Position numbers and translations under genes: made by a program. 26,322 nucleotides of DNA from Candidatus Hermodarchaeota archaeon (lineage in GTDB: Archaea; Asgardarchaeota; Thorarchaeia; Thorarchaeales; Thorarchaeaceae). The notes under the pieces are model-generated. The model was not told the DNA's origin. It ran no database searches and was given only the letters and a program-made list of their open reading frames with translations. The stretch spans positions 2,836 through 29,157 of the forward strand of contig JBHLLF010000032.1 of NCBI GenBank assembly GCA_048885865.1, read 5' to 3'. This document shows, piece after piece, positions 1 to 8,864 of the stretch (positions are counted from its first letter, which is position 1; every line of letters begins with the position of its first letter).

Positions 1-71
1 TGTCCCACTAGGATCAGATAGGAACAAGGGAAGACTGATTACCCTGCCAGCTGAAATTGAATCCGATTGAA

Positions 72-827
72 ATGATGGTAAGGCTTCTTGGCACTGGTAC
101 CTCCCTTCCAGATCCTGAAAGGGTACAATCAGGAGTACTAATTGAGGCAGATGAGACAGCTTTGCTTCTCGACATTGGGTCTGGAGTTTTGCAACGTCTG
201 ACACAAACAGATGTTGACCTCACCTCGATCAATCATGTCTTCATTAGTCACTTTCACATTGACCACTGCTCAGATTTTCTCTCATTCTGCCAGACTCTAT
301 GGCTTCTTGGTTACGATAAGACTTTGGAGCTCTATGCGCCTCAGCGACTATGGGAGTGGTCTAGAGGGGTGTATGATATTGCTTTCCCATACCTAAGAGA
401 GAAGCTTTTGGTTGAGAAGAGAACCCTCAATGAGAACGATGTCGTACATCTTGGCCCTGTGGTTGTATCTGTGACACCAACGACCCATAGTACACTCGAA
501 AGCCGAGCATTCAGAGTAGAGCATAAGGGAAAGGCGGTTGTCTATTCCTCAGATACCGCGCCATGCCCAGAAGTTTTGGATTTGGCCACTGGAGCCGATG
601 TTCTAATCCATGAATGCAATTGGCTTGATGGAGTCCACCCAGAAGGGGTTCATACCAGTCCCAGTGAGCTTGCTGAAATTGCTGAGCTTGCAGAACCCAG
701 AAAGGTAGTGATAACTCACGTTTCTCCTGAGGTAGTAGCCAAAGAAGAAGAGGTACTGGCAACAGTTGGCCGTCGGACAAATGCTGAGGTTGTGCTTGCC
801 AGAGACCTGACGACAATAGCCCTATGA
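72..827 (+). CDS. Metallo-beta-lactamase fold hydrolase, RNase Z/BN-like
   Basis: N-terminal LLGTG, LLDIGSG, HxHxDH metal motif (SHFHIDH), YSSDT, LIHEC, HTSP and ITH motifs. ATG at 72/75 preferred over TTG at 57. Confidence 0.85.
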   Translation: MMVRLLGTGTSLPDPERVQSGVLIEADETALLLDIGSGVLQRLTQTDVDLTSINHVFISHFHIDHCSDFLSFCQTLWLLGYDKTLELYAPQRLWEWSRGVYDIAFPYLREKLLVEKRTLNENDVVHLGPVVVSVTPTTHSTLESRAFRVEHKGKAVVYSSDTAPCPEVLDLATGADVLIHECNWLDGVHPEGVHTSPSELAEIAELAEPRKVVITHVSPEVVAKEEEVLATVGRRTNAEVVLARDLTTIAL

Positions 828-914
828 AGCTCACTTATCTGGCATATTCATGGTTTTGATATTAGTAAAGCGAAAAGTTCTCTCCGGGACTCACCATGTG
901 AACGTTTAAAACCT

Positions 915-1829
915 ATGAAGACCCTAGACCAAACAGAACTCGACTATAGGAGAGATTCTGATTTGGCAGACGCTATAGAGTGGACAAATGCCAGCCCAGA
1001 CGATGTAGTCTGGCGCTATCCTGACAACAGAATAGATTGGGGCTCACAGCTCATTGTCATGGAAAACCAAGCCGCCATCTTCTATCGTGATGGCAAAGCT
1101 CTGGACACATTCCTAGCTGGACGCCACAAACTGACGACAAGCAGCATGCCTGGTCTAGTTGGATGGTTACAGAAGAAGGTCAAAGGTGATGTCTTTGAGG
1201 CCACCTGTGTCTTCATCTCACGCTCACAATTCCAAGGCAAGTTCGGTGGTAGGGGACAGACTAGTGATTTGGCTCCCTTGATGTTTCATGGCGTATTTTT
1301 CTTCCGCGTGAAGGAGCCTAACATCTTCGTTCAGGATGTTGTTGGCAACCAGAATGCATTCAATACCAGGAAGATAAACGACTACCTTAGATCGTTCATG
1401 AACGAAAGAGTCATCGATGAATTTGCTCACTACGATCTACAGGCTGTATTCACTCAGCTTGACGAAACCTCGTTGAAGGTCAAGACTAAGGTCAGAATGG
1501 CCTTTGAAAGATTAGGCCTTGAGCTGGTTGATTTGAAGTTCGAGGGCATAGATACCACTGAGAAGTATCGTGAGAGGCTGTTCTGGCTGAGAACTGGTGG
1601 TGCAACTGGTCAGCAGGTAATGGGTGCAGAAACCCAGAAGGATGTTGCTGAGTCGCTAGGAAAGAGTCCTGGTGCTGCATTTGGAGCCGCATTCGGTATG
1701 ATGGGCGGTGGACAACAGCAGCCTTCTGGCGGTGGAGCAGCTCCTGCAGGAGCGAAATTCTGTCCCAACTGCGGCAATCAGCTTAATGGGGCCAAGTTCT
1801 GTCCGAACTGTGGTACCAAGATAGGGTAG
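915..1829 (+). CDS. SPFH/band-7 domain protein (YdjI-like) with C-terminal double zinc ribbon
   Basis: VVWRYP..I.WGSQLIVMENQAAIFYRDGK..D.F..GRH.L.T pattern of YdjI-like SPFH proteins, Gly/Gln/Ala linker, tail KFCPNCGNQL..AKFCPNCGTKI. Confidence 0.85.
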   Translation: MKTLDQTELDYRRDSDLADAIEWTNASPDDVVWRYPDNRIDWGSQLIVMENQAAIFYRDGKALDTFLAGRHKLTTSSMPGLVGWLQKKVKGDVFEATCVFISRSQFQGKFGGRGQTSDLAPLMFHGVFFFRVKEPNIFVQDVVGNQNAFNTRKINDYLRSFMNERVIDEFAHYDLQAVFTQLDETSLKVKTKVRMAFERLGLELVDLKFEGIDTTEKYRERLFWLRTGGATGQQVMGAETQKDVAESLGKSPGAAFGAAFGMMGGGQQQPSGGGAAPAGAKFCPNCGNQLNGAKFCPNCGTKIG

Positions 1830-1835
1830 AATAGA

Positions 1836-1875
1836 AGTGGAGTGGGTGCAATCCCACTCACTATCCCTTTTTTTT
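1836..1875 (+). terminator. Hairpin plus T8 tract, putative terminator
   Basis: GAGTGGG(1840-1846)/CCCACTC(1853-1859) stem, extendable by AGT/ACT across a 1-nt bulge, followed by 8 T at 1868-1875 just after the SPFH stop. Confidence 0.7.
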
Positions 1876-2014
1876 GAGCTCAAAGAGAGCAGTCACTAAG
1901 TCAGCGTGCTAGAGTAAATGATTGTTATTTCGCAATTTCCTGAATTCACGAAGTTTATGTGTATGCGGAGTATGTGAATTCCGGTATTCGTATTGGCTTT
2001 GGAGGAAGACGCAC

Positions 2015-4546
2015 TTGAAGCGGCTGCTCATAGTATTGGCTATTGGAATTGCTCTCTTCTTGTCAGGGAACACAAGTAATGTAGTGCAAGTTGCTCCAAA
2101 ATTGCCTGATGTGTCTTCATTTATCTTGGCCCAAGAACCGATTGGAATAAACTTCACTTCACCAGTGTCAAGCGAACATCTGTCAGGGAACATCACAATT
2201 AAGGTGAATGCAACCGTGATCGCTGGTGCAAGTGTGATGCTAAGGTGGCATAGTGATTCCTGGATTAACATCACGGATTTGTACAACTCAACTTCCCGAC
2301 TATACGAGTATCCAATGGATGTATCTTGCTTACCGAGCGGAAACACAACTTTCGAAGTCAAACAAGTGACCTCGCATGGAACAGCCCAAGCGGCTGTTGA
2401 AGCCAATATCGACTGGGAACGACCTCCAATCCTCATTGTTGATGACTATGACAACACAACTGTCACCAGCTACTACACAGATGCACTTGAGGGGCTTGGA
2501 CTCTCTAATGGTTCAGATTATAATGTGTGGCGAATACAGGTTTCTGGTTCACCAGATGACACGGACTTGCTTGACTATCAATTTGTGATTTGGTTTACCA
2601 GTGATCATGGAAACCCACTCTCTCTAGACGAGCGAAATGTCATTCAGACATATCTCATGGACGCTGCTGATAGAAAGATGCTGCTGACAGGCACTGAAAT
2701 AGCGTGGAGTGCCTACAACGTCGGTTTCTTCGAAGGGTGGCTCAGCAGCAATTTCGGAGTCAATGACTACATTGGAGATGGCAGCAATTCGGAAACCCTC
2801 GTGGGAAGTGTCGGAGGCCCATATGCCGACGTTAGCTATACCTACGGAGGCGGAGATGGCTCTAGGGCTGGAGGCGGGGCTGATTGGGTCAGAACTATGG
2901 AATTCAGCATGGGAATGATAGAGTATCAAAGCAGCGGATATGATGAGTATGCGGCGACATCCTCCCCATTTGCAAACGGTGTTTTCTTTGGATTTGCGTT
3001 CGATGCGATTTCAAACTCATCTGGCCGATTGGACCTAATGAATAGAACGCTATCCTATCTTAATGTGTATGATTCACCCAGTGTGAATATAGTAGCTCCC
3101 ATTAGTGGTAGTCTTGAGAGGGCACAAGTGGATCTTGAATGGAGCTCATACTCGCCCATTCCTGGAGCATTCTATAATCCCTCCTATAACATCTTTATTG
3201 ATGGGCAAGAATATGTCTCCGAGGTGTCTTCAGAAACATATTCTGTCGCACTAGAAAATGGAAACCACACTGTCCGAATAGTCTGTGAAGACAACTATGG
3301 GCAGCGTGGATACGCCAATGTTTCGATCGAGTGTGATGCAATTTACCCTCAAATTGAAGCGTTAAACCATGCCCCAGGCTCTGTGCTTCAGAGCAATACG
3401 CTGATTGTATTTGAGATCATTGAGGATCATTTTGATACCGCACTAGCACGGTGGAGCACTGGCAGTTGGGTCACATTCATGCCTCCATTTGAAACAGTGC
3501 TTCCTTCAGGCAATGGAAATCATGCGTTCTACATCATTGCATTTGACCTGGCTGGAAATATGAATAGCACTGAATTCACCTTCACTTGTGATGATGTGTT
3601 TCCAGACATTGCCCTAGTGGATATGGTGAATGGTTCGGTTCTGTCCAGCAACGCCCCTATTAGCTTTGAAATCAATGATACACATTTTGACAAGGCAGAG
3701 TATCATTGGGATCTTGATGATTCCACTGAATTCGTCTTTCCGTTCGAGGTCTCAATGCCTACTGGCGATGGCATTCACGACCTATATGTCAGTGCAACTG
3801 ATGTTGCTGGCAATCAGAGAGTAAATCATTACCAGTTCATCACAGACGACGTGGCACCATCTTTTTCACTGATGAACATGGCAAACGGCACGATTCTGAG
3901 GTCAGGTTCACCTATGAGTCTAAGAGTCTCAGACCTACACTTTGAAAGCGCGAGTTACCGCTGGGACTTGGCTGATTCAGGAAGCTTTGACACCAGCGAA
4001 GTAGTACTCTATGCGCCTCCTTTAGAGGGTGAGAACTGGCTATTTGTCAATGCAACTGACACAGCAGGCAATAGAGCTACCACCTCGTTCCTTTTCATAG
4101 TTGATAACACAGCACCAGAAGTCACTCTCACATCTCCGCTGGACGGAAGCACCATCCCAATGAATACGGAAATAGCAATTGAAGTCACTGACCTGTACCT
4201 TGAATCTGTATTTCTTAAGTGGGATTCAGGAGATTGGATTGAGTGTAATTTTCCATATATAGCATATTCACCGGCAGGAGAGGGGAATCATGCTCTCTTT
4301 GTTATTGCCACAGATTATGCAGGAAACAGCAGAATGAATGTCTTCGTATTCATAACCGAAGAAATGTCAACCACATCAGCTACCACAACTTCAACAGCCA
4401 CGACCCCGTCTCCAACAAGTCCAGCAGAACCAAGATTGGATTTGCCTGCGAGCCTTGGGATTATGGGGATTGGCGTTTATCTTGGATTAATCATTGGCAT
4501 ATTCGTCTGGCCGCGATTAAGGGGTAGGAGACCGTCAGTGGGCTAG
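2015..4546 (+). CDS. Secreted, C-terminally membrane-anchored surface protein with Ig-like repeats
   Basis: GGAGG at 2001-2005 before in-frame TTG 2015 gives a signal peptide (LKRLLIVLAIGIALFL). Contains an alpha/beta domain (ILIVDDYD...YNVW...YQFVIWFTSD), four ~85-aa repeats ending AxDxAGN...F..D, a Thr-rich linker, one TM helix and an Arg-rich tail. Confidence 0.8.
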   Translation: MKRLLIVLAIGIALFLSGNTSNVVQVAPKLPDVSSFILAQEPIGINFTSPVSSEHLSGNITIKVNATVIAGASVMLRWHSDSWINITDLYNSTSRLYEYPMDVSCLPSGNTTFEVKQVTSHGTAQAAVEANIDWERPPILIVDDYDNTTVTSYYTDALEGLGLSNGSDYNVWRIQVSGSPDDTDLLDYQFVIWFTSDHGNPLSLDERNVIQTYLMDAADRKMLLTGTEIAWSAYNVGFFEGWLSSNFGVNDYIGDGSNSETLVGSVGGPYADVSYTYGGGDGSRAGGGADWVRTMEFSMGMIEYQSSGYDEYAATSSPFANGVFFGFAFDAISNSSGRLDLMNRTLSYLNVYDSPSVNIVAPISGSLERAQVDLEWSSYSPIPGAFYNPSYNIFIDGQEYVSEVSSETYSVALENGNHTVRIVCEDNYGQRGYANVSIECDAIYPQIEALNHAPGSVLQSNTLIVFEIIEDHFDTALARWSTGSWVTFMPPFETVLPSGNGNHAFYIIAFDLAGNMNSTEFTFTCDDVFPDIALVDMVNGSVLSSNAPISFEINDTHFDKAEYHWDLDDSTEFVFPFEVSMPTGDGIHDLYVSATDVAGNQRVNHYQFITDDVAPSFSLMNMANGTILRSGSPMSLRVSDLHFESASYRWDLADSGSFDTSEVVLYAPPLEGENWLFVNATDTAGNRATTSFLFIVDNTAPEVTLTSPLDGSTIPMNTEIAIEVTDLYLESVFLKWDSGDWIECNFPYIAYSPAGEGNHALFVIATDYAGNSRMNVFVFITEEMSTTSATTTSTATTPSPTSPAEPRLDLPASLGIMGIGVYLGLIIGIFVWPRLRGRRPSVG

Positions 4547-4704
4547 GTTTCTAACTAGATACAAATCCAACCAAAATGTATACTCTGGCGATGTTAGAAC
4601 CCTCGGGTCAGATGGAAGAAGCATTGGCCTATGATAATTAGCATTTTACTTTTGAACGTGCCAATCCATTCTCCACTGGCATTATATGGAACCAATGACA
4701 GACC

Positions 4705-6615
4705 ATGTTAGACCTCAATTTCGAAGCTAGTGATGATGTAATGCCGGGACAAGGAGAAAAAGCCACAAGGGTTAGAAGAACGGGTACATATTATACGCCG
4801 CCAGATCTAGCCTTTGATATAGCGAGTCAAACTCTTGGGGCTTTTCTCAACAGTCATACTGGCAAGCCCCTTGAAGTTGATCCCTTTCTAGACGATCTAA
4901 GTCGCAATTCCAAAAAGGAAATGCTGGACCGCCTTCAAGATATTGCAATTCTGGACCCTGCAGTTGGCGAAGGAGTATTCCTCAAAGGTGCAGCCGAATG
5001 GCTACTGAGAGCACGAAGGTTACTTGGCGATGACCGACCTGCACATAGAGTGAAGTCAGATATCGTGAAACACAATCTATTTGGCGTCGATATCCGCCAA
5101 GATGCAGTTTCCATCTGCTCTGAAACATTGGCATCATGGACTGGTGTGAAGAATACTGAACGACTCAGGAATGAGATTCATAGCAAGAATTTCAAGCATG
5201 GCAATAGTCTAGTTGGCTGGGCGCAGGTTCCAGAGAAATGTAATCGAGCAGATTTGAAGTGCTTTAACGAGGTCATGCTTGATAGATTGAACACCCTGTC
5301 TGAAAGTACTTTGATGCAACTTTTGCCATTTCATTGGCCAGTTGAGTTTGAAGAAATGATGGGCAAGGGGTTGGGATTTGATATAGTGCTAGGCAATCCA
5401 CCTTATGGCAATATTCTATCGAAAGACGAAAAGCGCATTATTAGTAGAACATGGAATATCGATGTCAGCAGAAGTCAAAATGGAACATGGAATGCAGCCG
5501 CTCTTTTCATCGCGAGAGCCCATGACTTGCTTCAGCCCAGAGGTCACTTGGGCTTTCTAATACCTAACAGTGTTCTTAGGACTCGGCAATTCAGACGTGT
5601 GAGAAGATTCCTCCTTGATAACATGCCTCTCTGGATGATTATCGACGAAGGGAGTCCATTTGAAGGTGTCACGCTGGAAATGGTGAGCATCTTCTGCAAT
5701 GCTGGGCAGGAGATTAGCGGCAGGAAAATAAAGGTCGAGTCAAGAAGGCCCGGCATTGATTGGCAGGGAAGTGTACCACTTGGAATTCTGAAATCTAGCA
5801 AGGTCTTTCCAATCTATTATGATGCACTGTTGGAGGGAATACTTGATAGAGCATCCAAAGGATGGGCGAAAGCCCGAAGAGGACGGGATTTATCGAAATC
5901 ACATGTTAGCAAGAAAAGGACAAAGAAGTTTCAAGTCCCTTATGCTACTAGCGGACGAAGCGTAAGGAGATTTCACCTCGATTCCCGATATCTACTCTAC
6001 GCGGATGATACATACACGGAAGATAGGGGACTAAGAGAATCTTACAGAAGCAATCTGCTTGTTGCAACAAAGAACTACCCATTCCCAAGATGCGCAATAA
6101 AACCGTCCGGAGTTATTCATGGTGGAGGAGTAGTGGAGATTATTCCACTTCGGGATGGCATTCTGCTGGAGGCCTTGGGTCTTATTCTCAACTCGAGCAT
6201 AGTGAGATATCTCTGCATCAAGTATCTGACTAATTACTCGATGCTTACAACGTGCCTCAATACAGGAATTATGGAAGAGATACCAATTATTGTACCAAAA
6301 GACCAGACGCTCTTCAAGCAGCTCTTCGAGTCATTACAGGAACTATACCAAGACACCGATTCACAAGCAAAATCAGACCATAGAATTGCATTGCTAGAAC
6401 TAATCACCAACGCTCTTGTCTATGAAATGTATTTGTCGGACTCAACTGACCTCTTAGATGTTGCCTCAGGAGTAATCTCTGAGATCTCTAGGCCAATCGC
6501 TTCAACTAAGCTGGCGAGAGCACTATCAAGACCAGATGTTGCAGAGTCTGTTAGAAGAGTAATGGAAATTGAACTTGTCAGACAAATTGAGGATACGCCA
6601 AGAATGCAGCAGTAG
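4705..6615 (+). CDS. N6-adenine DNA methyltransferase (gamma class, TaqI/Eco57I-MTase-like) with C-terminal target recognition domain
   Basis: Motif X GTYYTP, motif I ILDPAVGEGVFL, LFGVDI, FHWPVEF, motif IV FDIVLGNPPY, LGFLIPNS, and C-terminal LGLILNSSIV typical of TaqI_C-like TRDs. Confidence 0.9.
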   Translation: MLDLNFEASDDVMPGQGEKATRVRRTGTYYTPPDLAFDIASQTLGAFLNSHTGKPLEVDPFLDDLSRNSKKEMLDRLQDIAILDPAVGEGVFLKGAAEWLLRARRLLGDDRPAHRVKSDIVKHNLFGVDIRQDAVSICSETLASWTGVKNTERLRNEIHSKNFKHGNSLVGWAQVPEKCNRADLKCFNEVMLDRLNTLSESTLMQLLPFHWPVEFEEMMGKGLGFDIVLGNPPYGNILSKDEKRIISRTWNIDVSRSQNGTWNAAALFIARAHDLLQPRGHLGFLIPNSVLRTRQFRRVRRFLLDNMPLWMIIDEGSPFEGVTLEMVSIFCNAGQEISGRKIKVESRRPGIDWQGSVPLGILKSSKVFPIYYDALLEGILDRASKGWAKARRGRDLSKSHVSKKRTKKFQVPYATSGRSVRRFHLDSRYLLYADDTYTEDRGLRESYRSNLLVATKNYPFPRCAIKPSGVIHGGGVVEIIPLRDGILLEALGLILNSSIVRYLCIKYLTNYSMLTTCLNTGIMEEIPIIVPKDQTLFKQLFESLQELYQDTDSQAKSDHRIALLELITNALVYEMYLSDSTDLLDVASGVISEISRPIASTKLARALSRPDVAESVRRVMEIELVRQIEDTPRMQQ

Positions 6616-6668
6616 AAACTAGCCCTGATGCCGATGCTTAAATAGATGCCAGGGCACCTATTGCCTTG

Positions 6669-7283
6669 ATGTCCGACCCAGAGAAATCCCTTGAAGATGA
6701 AGCCGCAGAGGAGATTGCGGCTCTGATAATCGATGCGCTCGAGGAGAATCATGAAGATGATGCCTTGACACAGGGAGAGAGGAAAATCGAGGACAAGAAA
6801 GAAGAAGAACGAAAAAGGAAAGCGAAGGAACTCAAGAAGCAGCTCCGGAGAAAAGAGCTCGGTCTTCTTCAATACAGATGGCCGGCGATGGTACTGTTTC
6901 TTACGGGCGTTCTATCTATTTGGACAGAGTTTCTAGTTGTCATGTATCATGATCCAGGCATCGGATTCGACACATTCTGGGAGGTATTTCTATTTGGATC
7001 AGGATCACTTCAGGCTTACAATATCTTCTTCATCTTCCCGCTCATATCAGGAGCAATACTGATTGTTCTGGGATATTTCGCATATACAAATCCAAAAGCA
7101 ACATACCTGTCGGTGTTCCCTGCAATGATGATGGCAATGTCCGGTATGAATGTCTACTTCTGGATATCTGTTGCTCTTCAGGCGTTTCCATCAGCGTCTG
7201 CTAGCGCAACTGCTACACCTATGACTATGCTCCTCACTGGAGTGTTATCACTTCTTTCGATTCTACTTAAAGAAAGAATATAG
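6669..7283 (+). CDS. Hypothetical membrane protein (charged N-terminal region, ~4 TM helices)
   Basis: Acidic N-terminus, Lys/Glu/Arg-rich helix, then four hydrophobic segments. TATA-like CTTAAATA about 30 nt upstream of ATG 6669. Confidence 0.7.
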   Translation: MSDPEKSLEDEAAEEIAALIIDALEENHEDDALTQGERKIEDKKEEERKRKAKELKKQLRRKELGLLQYRWPAMVLFLTGVLSIWTEFLVVMYHDPGIGFDTFWEVFLFGSGSLQAYNIFFIFPLISGAILIVLGYFAYTNPKATYLSVFPAMMMAMSGMNVYFWISVALQAFPSASASATATPMTMLLTGVLSLLSILLKERI

Positions 7284-7299
7284 CTGGAGTTTCAATTTG

Positions 7300-7884
7300 C
7301 TACTCGGAGAGGAACTCGTCGAGTCGGCCTTCCTCTTCCAATTGGCGTAACCAGTCAATTCTCGGAGATTCCACGGGGTGTTTCAGTATCTTTTGAATCT
7401 GATCAACTGTCTCAGCTGGGGCTATATCGGTTGTATCGATTTCGCTTACTAGGTCCTCTCCAAAAGAATCGAATGCATCCAGTTGGCATACACCGATCAC
7501 TTCGGCTTCAACATTTTCAATGATTTTTGGCTCAGACCACCCGCGTGCCATGAGGCGATGCCTTAGAGTTTCAGGATGAGTTCTCAGTATAAAGACATGG
7601 TCGACTGAGGAATATGGCACTAGGTCGATGTAATGGCCGACAATGATGACCTGCCTTGTGATGTCAGCCACCTCAACTTGGATAGCATTGACTAGACAGT
7701 CCTCATCAATAATGCCAGAATCTCTTGCTTTGTCTTGAGCAGAGATACACCCGGCTCTCTCTGCCAGCTCTCCAAGCTCAACTACATGTACGCTAAGTCT
7801 TGTTCCAAGCATCTTGGCAACCTTTGTCTTCCCCGTGCCCGGCGTGCCGCCGACAAGAATAGCAGACATATCAGGTTCACTCAT
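7300..7884 (-). CDS. Adenylate kinase 6 / Fap7 / CINAP family NTPase (archaeal AdkA-type)
   Basis: P-loop GGTPGTGKT, VFILRTHPETLRHRLMARGW.E.KIIENVEAE, EIDTT and C-terminal IDW motifs characteristic of the AK6 family. Confidence 0.9.
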   Translation of the reverse strand: MSEPDMSAILVGGTPGTGKTKVAKMLGTRLSVHVVELGELAERAGCISAQDKARDSGIIDEDCLVNAIQVEVADITRQVIIVGHYIDLVPYSSVDHVFILRTHPETLRHRLMARGWSEPKIIENVEAEVIGVCQLDAFDSFGEDLVSEIDTTDIAPAETVDQIQKILKHPVESPRIDWLRQLEEEGRLDEFLSE

Positions 7885-8008
7885 TCCTCCCCAAGAAGGA
7901 CTTGAGATATGAACGAATTGGCGATGTCCAATTCAACGCAATTCATATCCCGAAGAATTGCGCTTATAAGTCGATAGCGGCTAGTAGAACTCAAGGAGCA
8001 AAGCTGCA

Positions 8009-8767
8009 TTGGAATTGAATGGAACCGTAGATTTGGAGCGAAGGCGCAGAGGAATGTTCCTCATAGCAGCAGTAGCACTAATCGTGGCTTCCATTATCGT
8101 TTGGTGGGCAAATACTGTCGTGGCAATGCTTGTTCTATTTGCGGCCATGTTCGTAGCCGTGTATACACTATGTAGCATCCCATTGGACCAGCCACCGCCC
8201 GGAGTAAGGCGGAGAAGATGGGATGGGATGTCTGTTGAGAGATTAGATCTACTTGAGCAGCGAATGAGGGAGTCTCTCGAAGAGATAGTGATGATGGAGG
8301 AGGATGAGGAGCCAGAAGAAAGCTACGCCATCCCGGTAGATGAGGCAGATGAAGCGTCCACAGGACTTGAGCATGATATTCCCGTTGAGGTAATTGATGG
8401 GATAGGCAAGGCATACGGAATGAAACTTCGTGAGATTGGAATCACCAATCTGGAAGAACTTGCGCTGTCCAGTCCAGAACGAGTTCAGGAAGCGTGTGAA
8501 GTTACTCTAAATGAGGCAGCAGGATGGGTGGCTGATGCCATTGCTATTTTCATGGGAGCTGGCATGACAAGTGTGCTTGAGCTAGCGATGTCAGATGCTG
8601 AAGAAATCATCAAGAGAATCGAGATGGCATTAGAGAATGGAACCATCCGGGTGCCCGAGGGCCACGAGTTAACTATTTGGAATGCTCGCCACTGGATTAC
8701 GGCAGCTAATGAACACATTATGCTGTCCCCTGAAGATATTCGTCGGTGGGCTGAAGACAATCGTTAA
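8009..8767 (+). CDS. Membrane-anchored helix-hairpin-helix protein (DUF4332-like C-terminal domain)
   Basis: Arg cluster, two N-terminal TM helices, acidic linker, HhH motif IDGIGKAYGMKLREIGITNLEELA, second module AGMTSVLELA...WITAA. AGGAG upstream of the TTG start. Confidence 0.7.
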   Translation: MELNGTVDLERRRRGMFLIAAVALIVASIIVWWANTVVAMLVLFAAMFVAVYTLCSIPLDQPPPGVRRRRWDGMSVERLDLLEQRMRESLEEIVMMEEDEEPEESYAIPVDEADEASTGLEHDIPVEVIDGIGKAYGMKLREIGITNLEELALSSPERVQEACEVTLNEAAGWVADAIAIFMGAGMTSVLELAMSDAEEIIKRIEMALENGTIRVPEGHELTIWNARHWITAANEHIMLSPEDIRRWAEDNR

Positions 8768-8864
8768 CAGAGTAGGGTCAAAGCCCAAATTTATCGCGGC
8801 ATAAGCCATAAAAGAAGACTGAATTTCTGTGACCGAGTCAAGATAACCTGGGAGCCGGCAAACT

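Noticed and set aside
1922-2014. Cys-containing N-terminal extension of the 874-aa ORF
   Set aside because: It precedes the SD and signal peptide, so it is probably untranslated.
4705-6615. Type IIG fused restriction-modification enzyme or BREX/DISARM component
   Set aside because: No N-terminal PD-(D/E)xK region, too short, and no associated defence genes.
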